Positions 1 through 12,395 of a DNA stretch of 64,000 bases are shown here, one piece after another. Every line of letters starts with the position of its first letter. Positions within the stretch are counted from its first letter, which is position 1. A program made the position numbers and the translations under genes. The DNA comes from Asterias rubens (lineage: Eukaryota), in NCBI RefSeq assembly GCF_902459465.1, contig NC_047068.1, forward strand, positions 19,406,001 to 19,470,000, read 5' to 3'. The notes beneath the pieces are model-generated. The model was not told where the DNA came from. It saw nothing but the letters and a program-made list of their open reading frames with translations, and did no database searches.

Positions 1-679
1 ACTTGTATCCTGATCAGGCCATTCAAAAGGACAACAGAACTTTGCAAAAGTAAAAAAAAAAGTTCACAAAATAAAAGTAAAAAAAAAAGCATGTGTAGAT
101 CGAGCTGGATAATCTTCATGACGATATTTCCTTAAATAAGCAAGATACTTCACCATAATTTATTTGTCATTCAAATGGACATTAAACTGTAGTACAACGG
201 TTGTGGACGTAAAAGAACCAAAAACACATAGAATAGGGGTTAACCCAGTGTTCCTTGTTCACATAGCAAGTACCCCTTGTTTACATGTTTACCTCAGGCT
301 TGCAAGCTATAGACGATGTGACCCATGTTTACATTCAAACCGCCCTCTGTTGAAAAAACACTGTATATGTCATGGTATGATTGCATTCACTTTCTAGCTG
401 GCTGCCAAAACACAAAGGTTTTGCCCGGCGGTATGCGCACGAATCATGCTATGATTTTCGTGTGACGTCAGAGGTCACATCGTCTATACTAATTAAGTTA
501 ACTTATGAGATAGATGGCCTGCCATGTGAAAACAATGATCACCCCAGGAGTTCAGTGAACATGGAATGTTGAGGAGCAGGTTATTTGAGGAGCAAGGCTG
601 TATAATGACATTTTCTTCAGTCAGAAACAAAACATATATACAAAAATTTGTCTTAAACCTTTAGTGCAATCTGCCCTAC

Positions 680-3600
680 CTGGTCAATGCGCATGTTGAG
701 GTTCCCAAGATGAAGTATAGAAGCCAATATTCCAAAGATGACATCCTGCTCTGACGGACTGAAGCTTAAGACTTCCATGGCAGAGACAAGACGATAGAAA
801 TCCTCCCCATCATCTTTCCCTGCAATCTTACAGCTGCCTCCTTGGTTCAGGAAATGGTACCTTTCTGCAGTGTGCAGGCCGTACTTGGCTGCCTCGGGGG
901 CGGAGAGTCCGGCTAAGAGCTCATAGAAGATGTGATAGTTTCTTTCATTGGGTCCCTGAAGTACACAATTTTCAAAAAGTTTTCAAAAAGTGTTTTTTAT
1001 TAACTAATACAGTCAACAACTCGTTCAATGTTTTTCAATGTCTCAACGGAACTCATTCAACTGTACCAGTAAGCAAGAAGCCTTCTATCATCTAAAAACT
1101 ACTTGTTGTGCACAAAACCCGTACGGTCACCATGGTTACTGGTGACAAAAGCTTCCATGCTGCCCCAAAACTCTGGAACAATAGTTTCCATCAGGTACCT
1201 TACAAGCTATTTTACCAAAATCTCTAAAAACTTACTTGTTTAAATAATCACTCATGTGTTTTTCTTGTTCTGCATAATCCTTTTTGCTTGTTTTTTATTT
1301 GTGTTAAGCACCGTGTTACTTTCTCTTGTTAGTGTGTTAATATTTTTTTATTATTCTGCTTTCTCCAGAAGACAATCAGAGCATACTGATCGAAACGTCG
1401 AGTTGAAACCAACAGTTCTCTTCAGAACCACCCCAACTCATTAGAGATAGTCATTACATGGTGTTACCGCAAACCTTTCTATATCGTGTTTCCACCATGC
1501 AAAGTTTCAAATCCTACTTAATATGTAGCAGGTAAACAAATTTGTCATGGAAAACAGAGTATCACAGTTAGGCGCGTTGGTCCCGCAGTTGTCAAAACTA
1601 CTGCGGGACCAAGATATAGCCTGAGCCAAATCCAAAGCCGAAGCTGTTGGTTCGAAAAGGGCCTTTTAGTTAATGTAGAAATATTGGAAAATGTTAAACT
1701 CAGGACATGTTTTTGACGTTGATCTTTTTGGTCGAGTGTAAGAAAATGGATGTCAAATTGTGGCTCTTTGTGGTCTAGGGACAAGCCACTTAAAGGCAAT
1801 GGACACTGTTGGTAATTACTGAAAATAATTATTAGCATAAAACCTTACTTTGTTATGAGAAATGGAGAGATGTTGATAGTATAAAACATTGCGAGAAACG
1901 GCTCCCTCTGAAGTACCGTTGTTTTTGAGAAAGAAGTAATTTTCCACGATTTTGATTTTGAGACCTCGGAATTAGATTTTGAGGTCTCGAAATCAAGCAT
2001 ATGAAGTCACACAACTTCCTGTGACAAGGGTGTTTTTTCTTTCATTATTATCTCGCAATTTCAACAACCAATTGAGCTCAAATTTTCACAGATTTGTTAT
2101 TTTATGCATATGTTGAGATACACCAAGTGAGAAGACTGGTCTTTGATAATTACAAAAAGTGTCCACTGTATTTAAGGTCACTCGTTGGCACAAGATGCTT
2201 GAGCCGCTAGGTCTGTAAGTGGTTGTATAATCCAAAGATATTGTTTACCTGCTGTACTATCCGAGACTTCTCAAGAAGATAATCTGTTGTCTTAGCACCA
2301 GTGATGACACCCCTACAAACACATAATAATACTCTGTTACTCATGGATTCTTTAATAATATGTAACTTTAAAAATGCAAATTGTGTATTACTGACTCCCA
2401 AATCTGTTGACACGTTTGAACTATTGTCAAGACCTTAATTATTATTATTATTATTATTATTTATTCGACCAGAACACCACAAAATGTAAAAAAATATGTA
2501 TAACAGCACAAAATGTACAAAACAACATAAAAGTAATCATAAGAAATACACCTATTAACAACTTAAACTTAAACGGGCCAATACAACATGAATAGAACTA
2601 ACCGAACCAAAATGCAAAAAAAACAAAACAAAAGAAATGGCTATGTGGGTCAGGTGCTGCAAAAGTAGAATGAACCACCATTACCTGCAGGTATGCAGCC
2701 CCGCACATAGCAAAGGACAGTGACAGGACGCGACAGACAATGAAAATTGAGATTTACAAGACAATTGAGATTTACAATAAGTGATTTAACAGTGATTTTA
2801 ACAGGTCTTCACAACATTGTAACATTGTTTGTTTGTTATACTCTGCAGAAGAAATCATATTATTGATATAAAACAAGACAGGATTATTTGAGAAAAGACT
2901 CACCTTTTGAAGAAGACTTCTGTGTATTTCCCAAAGCGACTTGAGTTGTCGTTTCTAACTGTCTTGGCATTACCAAATGATTCCAATAATGGATTTGCCT
3001 CAAGTATCTGGAAATAAACGTGTGTTTTTTATGGATTTGGTTACAAAATGAGGAGGAACAGGACAAATATAAATGATTACAATACTGCCCGACAACTTTC
3101 TTTGCTAAGCAAAAAATGAGTAGGGTACCAGTCACAACAATGTAAACTTGATGTAATTTTGGCGGGTAACCTGCTTCGGGTAAGCAATACTTTTCTGTGC
3201 TAGCATGTTTCTGTGCTTTACAGGCTTTATGAAATTGGCCCCATGCCACAAACCATGTATCCTGCTATTGCTCCACAACATTCATTTGACAACATTTTCT
3301 GCTTAAGCAGCTCTGTGAAATTAGGCCCTTGTTCACCATAGCAACTACCTGGCAACGGCACTCAAGCGGGATAGACGTGCATCTCTATCCTTCAAATATC
3401 AAGTTAGCTTTAAACTGAGCCACACACAATTCAAATGGCAGTATCCAAGCGGCAGTAATTTCCTTACATTTGTAATAGGGTTTTAACACGTCAACTTATT
3501 GTTAAACTTTTGGAAGTGCAGTCGCAGTTGTGATTGGTTAATGAATGAATGGGTATAGCTAAGAATGGATATTTTTTGGGGAGTGTTTTTTGAAAACTGC

Positions 3601-6600
3601 AATCCAGCAAATTTGGGCAATATTTTTCAAAATCCTGGCTAAAACATTGCATCTCATAGCATACTCACCCGCTCTGTTGTGAGGTTGGATGGGGACTTAT
3701 TAACAGCAGCCAGATACTGCATAATGAGTTTAGTACTCTCTGTTTTGCCTGCACCACTTTCCCCACTAATGATAACACATTGGTTCTTGTCAGTTTGTTG
3801 CATTCGTGCATAGGCACCATTTGCAATGGCAAACAGGTGGCTGGAGAAAGACAAAATGATAAAATACCGATTTACATTTTAAATTCTGTTGTTCTAGTTC
3901 AGGTTGTTTTACATTGAAGAGTATGGAACTGTATTTCTGGACCTTCTACAAAAATAGTTCTAGGAATTTTTTTCTTTAATCATGGAAACAAATCAAGGTG
4001 ATTGTTTTTGTATTAAATTATTTTTTAGCGGTAAAATTTCTAGCCCGCTCATTCTGTGTACAACCTCATAAAATGTCATGGCCATGTTTCCTCAGGCTTG
4101 CAAGCTACAGTGATTCGGTTCACTTTTTAGGCATCCTTGGTTTCATTATCAAAAATATGTACAATAATAATCAAAATGGTCAATTTGTTTTTCAAAGTGG
4201 ACAATGTCATTTCAGATGAGTATTCCTATGGAATTTTGCAACAATATTAGGAGAAAAACAAAACTTAGTAAATATCTACAGTAATGATCAAAACTGTTAA
4301 ATACATACGGAGGTAGGTTTCCCAAGGATTTCCCCTCATACTTCTTGACTGTGTCAATGCCATAGATGTCAAATAGTTTGTATGGGTTGACTGCCACCAA
4401 AATGCTTCCTGTGTAGGTCTGAAAACAATCAACAAACACAGTACTTGACTATAATAAAAATTGATTAATAAACTCGTCAAATATGGTCTCTCCATACCAA
4501 GAACCTTAAAGGCACTGGACACCTTTGGTAAAATGTCATAGACCAGTATTCTCTCTTGGTGTATCCAAACATATGCATAAAATAACAAATCTGGGAAAAC
4601 CAAACGTGTCCAGTGCCTTAAGGCATCACTACAGGGCAATATTTTACAGGCAACTTGGAGGTAACCAACTGCACTGCATGAAAAAGCAACACTTTGAGAA
4701 CACAAGAGACATTTTTCAATAGAGCGCTTGCATATGATGTAACAAGCTAAAACAGCGCCCTTACTAAGGTCGGAGTTGTGAGTGGCCCGTATACGCATGC
4801 TCATTTCCATTGTATAACCCTCAGCAATGTTGGCCAATACAATATTTCTATCTTGCTGTCTCTAAGACAAATGAGAAAATTGACATGAATTTTATTTGTT
4901 TTCTTGGAGATTTTTTGGAGGTTGCTGATATAAGCCCCATGTGACTCGGCCCTTAAGAGTGACTCGAGGCAATACACTTACATAGATTAGTCCCTTGTCA
5001 AATCGTGTCTTCAGATTGAAGAGTATGGATCCTTCATGAAGATCTCTGCAAAAGACCACAACAAACACAGAAATTACTTTTATACAGTTGCATCAAGGAT
5101 AAGTAATGTTATTTTGTATCTTACACTTCCCGTATACTTTTTGAAAGATGCTAAATTTGCATCTGGGATAAAGAATAAATTTTTTGTTTTTTTAACATAT
5201 ACACAGATGTGTGTTCTTACTGTATACTCAGTACTTTCTTGAGTTCTATGAACAAAAATACAGGCGTATCACTCTAGTGGGATTTGAACCCACGGCTTTT
5301 GCAATTCTATACATCATATACATAGCAATTTCCATAAACCTGCAGACAAAAATCCACAGGCATACACCATTTCTTCCTCCATGCATACACTCAGATGGGA
5401 TTCAGAACAATCATTGGCAATCAAAAGCAGGTGTTGGGTCATCAAAGTGTCAAAAAGTGTCATCTTATGGTCAAAAAGTAAAACAAATGAAAAAATTATA
5501 ATTTTTCAATGATTTCTTTCAACACAACACCCCTCCAGCTATGAAATGGTAAGGCCCAGTCAAGGCCCTCGGGTAAACAACTCCTTATAAGGGAATGCTG
5601 AGCGCGTTGCGCGTATCGCATGATGTGGCACAACTGTCTCGGCCGTTGCTCTCGACCAATAGGAATGAAGAAACTGTCTTATAAGCACAGGTGCAAACTC
5701 GCGTGTCACGCCCATGTTTCAATACTTTTTACTGGTCATAAACAAAGGTTTATTACACACCCACGTGACGCGCTCTCCACCAATAGGAATAGCAAAACTG
5801 TCTGAGGTATTTATGAATACCTAATTAATGTACGGTTTTATGTGAATTGTATACAAGACAAAGTCTGTCGATGACAAAACAGCTGTAAATATAGCTTGGA
5901 CATATTACAGCATAACCTCATCTTAGATAAAAGGTAGGTCATCTCAGACAAGCCAGACATGGTCCTATGGGAAGTGATCACAGTGGGACTTGTCAATATT
6001 TATTTAGGGAAGCGCCATATCTAGACTGCCAGTTCAGCCAGGATAGTTTTAATTATATAATCAATCAAGGTCAGTATTAAATACACTCGTTTATTAAATA
6101 ATTTTCTTTATAACACAGCTATGCTCAAATTATCTGAGAAGCAAATTGCGTCTTATTTAATCCCAGAAAATTCAATTTTCGTTTTGCACAATATCAAAGA
6201 CTGGGAGTATAGGTTGAATGAATAAACAAATGAGCCTCACCTTTGATACAGTGATACCTCACCACAATGGCCAACAAACCAATTATAAAATACAGACTAC
6301 TGTGTAATGTAAAGGGATTTTAGTTGAATATATTATACCTGACATTTGATGATTGAATGGCAGGAGATACATTGATAAATTACTGCTCCTATCCTGTAAG
6401 GTAGCCAAAGGGCACTTAATTCATGAAAGCTTCGGTGCCATAGTTTCCCTTATACTTCCGATGCTGTTGTCTAGCAACACAATCATTACAGTTCAACCTG
6501 CACCATCCCTTTTTACTGAATGCTAAAGAGCTTTTTTGTAACATCTCTTTCAAGTGTGTTATTTTCCCACAAACACCTGTCAGGCACTATAAGGTTCCAA

Positions 6601-9600
6601 GTGTGTTGGTTTTAAAGGCACATGTTTGGTACTTACTCAAAATATATTTTGGTTTTGCCCTCACACCAATGTGTGTTAGCAGTGTATACTCGGTGCTATC
6701 CCAAGTTCTTAAAAAAAAAAAAGGGTTAAACATCTGCTCTAGCAATGCAAAGGCTGTTGGTTCGAATCTCGCAAAAGTGATTTTTCCGAAATTGTTTTTA
6801 CAGAATTCAGGAAAGTAATGAGTTAATACACATTTGTGTACGGGGGTAAAGACAAAAAAAATGTCTTGTCTTCCTGATTCAGAAGAACCATGCGTTAAAT
6901 GCTGCTTTTGATTTGACTGCCCCACCCCCCCCCACCCCCAAGCTAATATCGACCCCTCCCAATTAATGATCCAACAACTTTGGTTATTCAAATCTCAGTT
7001 CTGTTTGGGACAATTCCGAATGTTTATTTATATTTGAATACATTTTCTCATGTAAATTGTTTTAATTGCAAATTTTTTATATTTAAAACCCAGTCAAACT
7101 TAACCAAATATTCGACAAGTTGAACTACGCCCACAAATCTGCTTATTACTGGAAGCATAAACAGGCTACAATTAAATTACAATATAAAGTGCATTGGTTG
7201 TGATTGTTTCTCTGATAGCTTTATTAAAAATGGGCCATGATTCTTACAAGTGTATTTGGGGTGTGGGTACTAATTTGTCTTTCTTTCTTTATTTTGAGGT
7301 GTTTTGGGGGGCAGTTGGGGGTTGGGAAGTACAATGACTTGTCAATGATAATACAGATTGTCAGCATCGATCCATTTATTCTTTATGCTTTTAAATACAA
7401 CTTGTAGATGCTCCAATTAATAAGTCGTTGCACAGAAACCTAGGGAGTGATTTGTGATAAAAACTGTAATTGGCCGTTAATGATTGAAATGAACACTTCA
7501 TAAATATTGACCTAAAATATTCTCCAATTTAAAACATGTAACACTTGAAAGCCACAAAAGGCATTTGATTAATGAGGGGCTGAATAGGTCTAAGGTCAAG
7601 ATTAAACTGAAGGCATTCATTTCTTTTTTAAAGGTTGGCATGGTATGGACAGTAGCCAGGAATTTAAAAAAGTGCATCGAGCAAAGTGAACGTGGCAACG
7701 ACTCATTTTATCAACAACTAAAACCAGGTTAAGCAATTCATGTTTTCTGATCAACAACAGTTTTGTTAGGCTTCAATTTCCGTTAACATTTTCAAGAACT
7801 TTATCTGACATGATTTACAGTAAAGGGCGTTGGCAGTCTGCAGGTTTAAAGTCCCTTAAAGGGATTGAACAGAATTGTTTTTACATGTTTTATTGTTGTT
7901 AATTTGATTGTACTTAGGTCTACTTGATAGGAATTTTTATATTTTTTTTCTGTGTGCTTTCTGCCTCTCTCTAGTCATGTATTTCTACTTGACTACTTAT
8001 GTAACACTTATATACGTTCATATGTGTTGTGTTGTGTTGTCATTTAGCCTTCGAGAAAGGCTCTGCTAGGATCGAAATGTCAGGCCATTAACTATTTTTA
8101 ACATTTATAATAGTAGGTCCTTTGGGTGGTAAGCAGTTTTCAACAGCTTTTTCTATTGTCAAAATTTAAGAATGTAAAAAAAATGATTTCCAATCAATCT
8201 TGTGGCTTTATTCAAGTTTAATATAGTTCTATATCTGGGATAAAAAATACCGGTACTTTGAATTCACACTAACACCAATGTGTGTAATTATTAAATTAAT
8301 TAATGTTTTATGGTCTGTCTGTAATGACTTTGGGATTGTTTTTTTTACAGAACGCGGCAAACTACTAATTGTACAGCGCTTAATACACATCAGTGTAAGA
8401 GTAAAAAGAAATTATAAACTTTTAGTTATTATTATTAGCAACGACAGGAATAAGAAAAATTTGAGATTCAATTTTGGTTTGTTACCTTAGTTGAATCATG
8501 TCTTCAAAGTGTTGAATCTCCAATGCATCATGACGCATCCGTATATTCTCACCTGGGTTGCATACTGTGTACATCTGGATGGAAATGTAACAAGAATAAT
8601 GTGCAATAAGCTTTTAAAAATGTATGAAAACTGTTAACACAAATTTGCTACGTATTTTCTTCAATGCGCTGTAAACAAAGAATGCTTTTATAGATTATTA
8701 TTATTCATGGTTTATAGAAACACTGCAATAGAGCGGCTAAAAGCCGAAATGTACAGTTTACAAAAGTAGTCATTAAAAATATTACTATATTAAAAAATAA
8801 AAATAAAATGAAAAATCAAATGTATAACACACAGGCAACAACTTTACGACAGAAAAACATTAAAAAGGGCACTAAAACATTTGGATTAGATTAAAAATCA
8901 ACCATCGCTCAGGATCCAAAGAGCCTAACTAGTGTCCCTAACTAGGAAAAATAATGATATCTGAAATTGCGATCAACCATGTGCTTTTCATCATATCTTG
9001 CATTCAATCAGCAACAAATTATAATAACAGCTTGCAGTATGAACATATCATTATACAAATCTGGAAAATAGAGTATAGGCCTAAAAAATTGCCCGTAGTA
9101 GCTAAAATGATGGAAATCCAACATTCAAAATCTTTTTATTCATCTGAGTTTTTAATTTTTTAAATGTCATGTAATATTACATATTTGTACAAGATTTAAT
9201 ATAAATTTTTAATTTTGTTTGTTGTCTTGCAAAATTAAAGTACAAGTGTTGTTAATATCAACTTTCATCTAGTTGTTGTCATTCAATATTCAACATTTGT
9301 ACAAGGTTTTTTCATATAAATTTTTAGTGTTTTTTTTACGAAGCAAAATTAATCATCTGTACAAGGTTTGTTCTATGTTCGTTGTTGTCATGCAGCATTA
9401 AACATTTGTACAAGAGTTGTTATGATTAAGGCCTGTTCCTGTAGTATGTTACCAATGCCATTACCAGCATTTTTATCTGGCACCAAGACTTGTCATGAAA
9501 CATTGGCAATCATTTTAAATAAGCCAAAGATACCAGACTATTTTCCTCCAAGCCTCACTATGGTTCTGATTGGTTTGTACTAGGCTACAGTATCATACCT

Positions 9601-9712
9601 CTCCATCCATGACACATTGTACCTGGACTCCTCTGGCCTCCCCTCCATATGTCTCTGTAACTCGTCCTGGTAGTGGATACTCTCCACCAGAGTCGAACCA
9701 TATTGGTGTACC
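680..9712 (-). CDS. Unconventional myosin heavy chain (MyTH4-FERM group, class XXII/XV-like): N-terminal SH3-like region and motor domain; partial, continues off the left edge
   Basis: Eight phase-compatible GT-AG exons: 9712-9599 ([15 protein letters not shown]), 8574-8486 (FEDMIQL), 5045-4982 ([15 protein letters not shown]), 4418-4309 ([13 protein letters not shown]), 3840-3669 (P-loop [12 protein letters not shown]), 3007-2904 (switch [22 protein letters not shown]), 2312-2249 (YLLEKSRIV), 955-680 (ERNYHIFY...ILHLGN). The class assignment is from recalled similarity only. Confidence 0.93.
1040..1245 (+). mobile_element. Degenerate L2/CR1-type LINE 3' fragment
   Basis: Frameshifted remnant of the RT C-terminal pattern (KTRTVT..GDKSF..APKLWN...LKTYLF). 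Confidence 0.55.
1340..1520 (+). mobile_element. Penelope-like element terminal remnant
   Basis: CAGAAGA-caatcag-agcata-ctgatc-GAAACGTCG resembles PLE pLTR ends. A second similarly built motif family lies at 8047-8086, 35821-35858 (minus) and about 52403-52445. Confidence 0.4.
1790..2175. mobile_element. Kolobok/T2-type MITE, major family (TTAA-AGGCACTGGACAC...GTGTCCAGTGCC-TTAA)
   Basis: TTAA at both ends, short TIRs and an internal palindrome (GATTTCGAGACCTC..GAGGTCTCGAAATC). Other copies: 26607-26971, 29722-30109, 34576-34959, 37350-37739, 38038-38424, about 44915-45221, about 47940-48200, about 49230-49563, 61268-61655; partial copy 19818-19990. Confidence 0.8.
4506..4621. mobile_element. 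Minimal 116-bp internal-deletion derivative of the major TTAA MITE
   Basis: TTAAAGGCACTGGACAC at the left end and GTGTCCAGTGCCTTAA at the right end; the central ~270 bp is missing. Confidence 0.8.
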
Positions 9713-9798
9713 CTGTCAAAATGAAAATATAAGCAATTCAAATTTAAGATGTAATTTTTGCATCAGGGATATTATAGAATATGATTTATTTTTACCCT

Positions 9799-9978
9799 TA
9801 AGCCCTGTTCATATTTGCTGCGCATGTGAATGTGAAATGAATTCTGACGTCACAAATTCGCAACGAATAATTTGCAACAGTTGAACTGTGTTCAAATCCT
9901 GTGTTGCTGCAAAAACAGCCATGTGACGTCAAAATTCACTCTGCATCCGCATTCGCAGGAAGAATGAAACAGGCTTAA
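9799..9978. mobile_element. MITE with imperfect TIRs (PIF/Harbinger-like)
   Basis: taagccctgttcata..gcg at the left end versus cgcattcgcaggaagaatgaaacaggctta at the right end. Confidence 0.5.
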
Positions 9979-10210
9979 CACTGATGTGTATTAAGCACTG
10001 TATACTCAGTTCTTTCCCGAGTTCTGTGAAAACAAATCAAAAGGCAAATCACTCGGGTGGGATTAGAACCCAAAACCTTTGCATTGTTTAGAGCAGATGC
10101 CTTACCACTAGACCATCGAGCTAGCCAGGTGGCTAGAGGCAGCTAGAATCCATGTTAGCAACGGGTACCGCAACGATTAAATATCTAGTTTTTGTTGCGG
10201 TACCCGCTGG
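9979..10210 (-). mobile_element. tRNA-derived SINE
   Basis: B-box-like GGGTTCTAATCCCA on the minus strand. Related copies at about 5205-5310, 6665-6840, 36220-36300, 49090-49145 and 53170-53230. Confidence 0.6.
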
Positions 10211-12300
10211 CGAAAAAAAAACCCAGTTTTACAAAATATCAGTTTTCAGAACAAAATGTCAACTCATACAGTACTGTACATTATACAAAGTTGTAGGGTT
10301 TTCAGAGTTGCATTATTGAAGCAGACAATTTGTCTGTGTGCGAATAACTCATCTGCTTAAATTCTACATTAGGGACTTGATATAAAAATATGTTGGCAAA
10401 GGCAGACTGCTTTTATGGGTCTGCAGAGTCAGACATCTGCAGTGCTTCCCTGGGATTATCATTAAAAACAATATTAAACTGTTTCATTTTAAACAGGTAC
10501 ATGCGATATGAAACGGAAGAATGTAAGTAGGTGAACTAGACATTTTAATTTGAAGGGGGGGGGGGTAAAACACTTTTCAGAGGGGGCTATTTAACGTACC
10601 ATTAGCTTGTGCATTTTTTTATGTCATTTGGGGAGCAAAAAGGGGGCGAGTGTTCTGATGAGCAGACGCTGTCCCATCCCCACCAGTTATTTTTTTCTGA
10701 CTCCTATTCAATCAACAAAACAAATTGGCAGAGCTCCCTTATAGTTTCAAGCCACAGAGTTGCCCTACAACAGTGATATTTGAACACTATACAGCTGATT
10801 CACTGCCCACATTGACTTGTTTAATGGACCATTTTACCTTTATGGGATATAACAACAGACCATTAGATGCAGAATAGCAAGCAAATCCATCAAGCTGATC
10901 ATAGATTCAACTTGCTACTTAAAGGAGGTGTCTAAATATTGTGGTTAGTTTTAAATTTACACTTTCAAATTAATGAAGATTAAAGATACAAAAAGGGCAG
11001 TTTATATTTCATATTTTATTGACGCCTAAAATATTCCCATAATCTGTTTCATAATCCAGATCATACTTGTCTGTCCTCAACCTAAAAATGTTTTACAAGA
11101 GTAATCTTTCATTAAAAAATAATGCCTTTACATACAAATAGGCTTTTTAATAAAATAACAGCTCTATGTCATAGCATTCCTTCAAAAACACTTGTCATTG
11201 ACATAAGCTCACATAAACTCCCATCTAAAAAACCTTCATAGACGCCTGTACGCCTCATAAATTACCACAGGCCGTTAGGTCTGTGAAGTAATCACTTTAT
11301 ATTAGAATATGCTTTATAAAAACAAATCTGTACATAAAATGGCACTATTTTAACCAAAACACTAGAAGGGTGATCAGAAAATAAATAAATAAAATAGCCT
11401 TTTGCTTGGTGTAAAAAAACTGTTTGAAACCAGTTATTCTGAGAAATTTAGCATCTACAGTATTATACGTGTGGCATTGAAATTGAATCTGATTGTATTA
11501 TTTTTTCAGCCCAGGCATCAAGAAAAACACCTGTACAATCATTTTAAATATTGCACTTAGAGTAAACAAAATTGGCCGGGGGAGAAGATTATATGATAAT
11601 AAAATGTTGTGAAAATGTTGATCATTGCCGAGAAATGGTTTGGCAAGGAGAACTGACGGCTATGGCCACAGCTACAACTGATAATACTTTACTTCAACAC
11701 ATAATGACAGGCAAAACTAGAATTGCAGCTGAAGCTGTAGCCTCTTATTCAGGCACAGGCTATTTTTTTCAAGAGGTGGATGACCAATAAACTATTCAAA
11801 GTCATGCGATCATATAGACTTCTAAAGCCATGCAGTCTGGATTTTGCTAAATATAAAAAAAAACATGTTTTTATTGTGTGTGCACCTTTAAGTTCAACAA
11901 AATCTTAACCAACATGTCTGTAGGATATTTGACTTCACTCTTTTATGAGGATTTTAGAGGTAGGGTAAAAGATTTACATGCTTACTGTGTACAGAAATAA
12001 AAGTTGAACCTACTGTTCAGCTGTTGACTATAGGCCTGGGTACATAGTACATACTTTTGACTTGCCCAATTAAAATGTTCATTGAAGAGACTAAGGCCAT
12101 AACTACATTACACACCGTCAAGTTTTTGCTGAAATTAAAGGAGTAGTTGTGGAACTGGAAACCTAACATCAATTGTAAGTCTTCAAAAGAGTATCCACTG
12201 ATGATCCCTCTGCTGCCCCTTCCCCTTGGGTGTGATCCTATATAGCAGTTACAAGTTATGGCTTCTTACTGGAACCCACAACGAGGCCGTCAACGTTATA

Positions 12301-12395
12301 GGGCTAGATAGGTCAGTTGGTAGAGAGCCGGCGCATTAAACCAGAGGTCGCAGGTTCCAGTCCAGCTAGTAAACTTTTCTTTGTTCAACCTAAAT
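12301..12395 (+). mobile_element. tRNA-derived SINE head
   Basis: GGGCTAGATAGGTCAGTTGGTAGAG (A-box-like) ... GGTTCCAGTCC (B-box-like), followed by a non-tRNA tail; no proper acceptor stem. Confidence 0.55.

Noticed and set aside
4265-4837. 190-aa ORF overlapping a myosin exon
   Set aside because: It runs through a MITE and intron sequence in a frame different from the myosin exon and has no motif.
12301-12375. Possible tRNA genes at 12301 and 31657
   Set aside because: They have A/B-box-like sequences but no closable cloverleaf, and they continue into SINE bodies.
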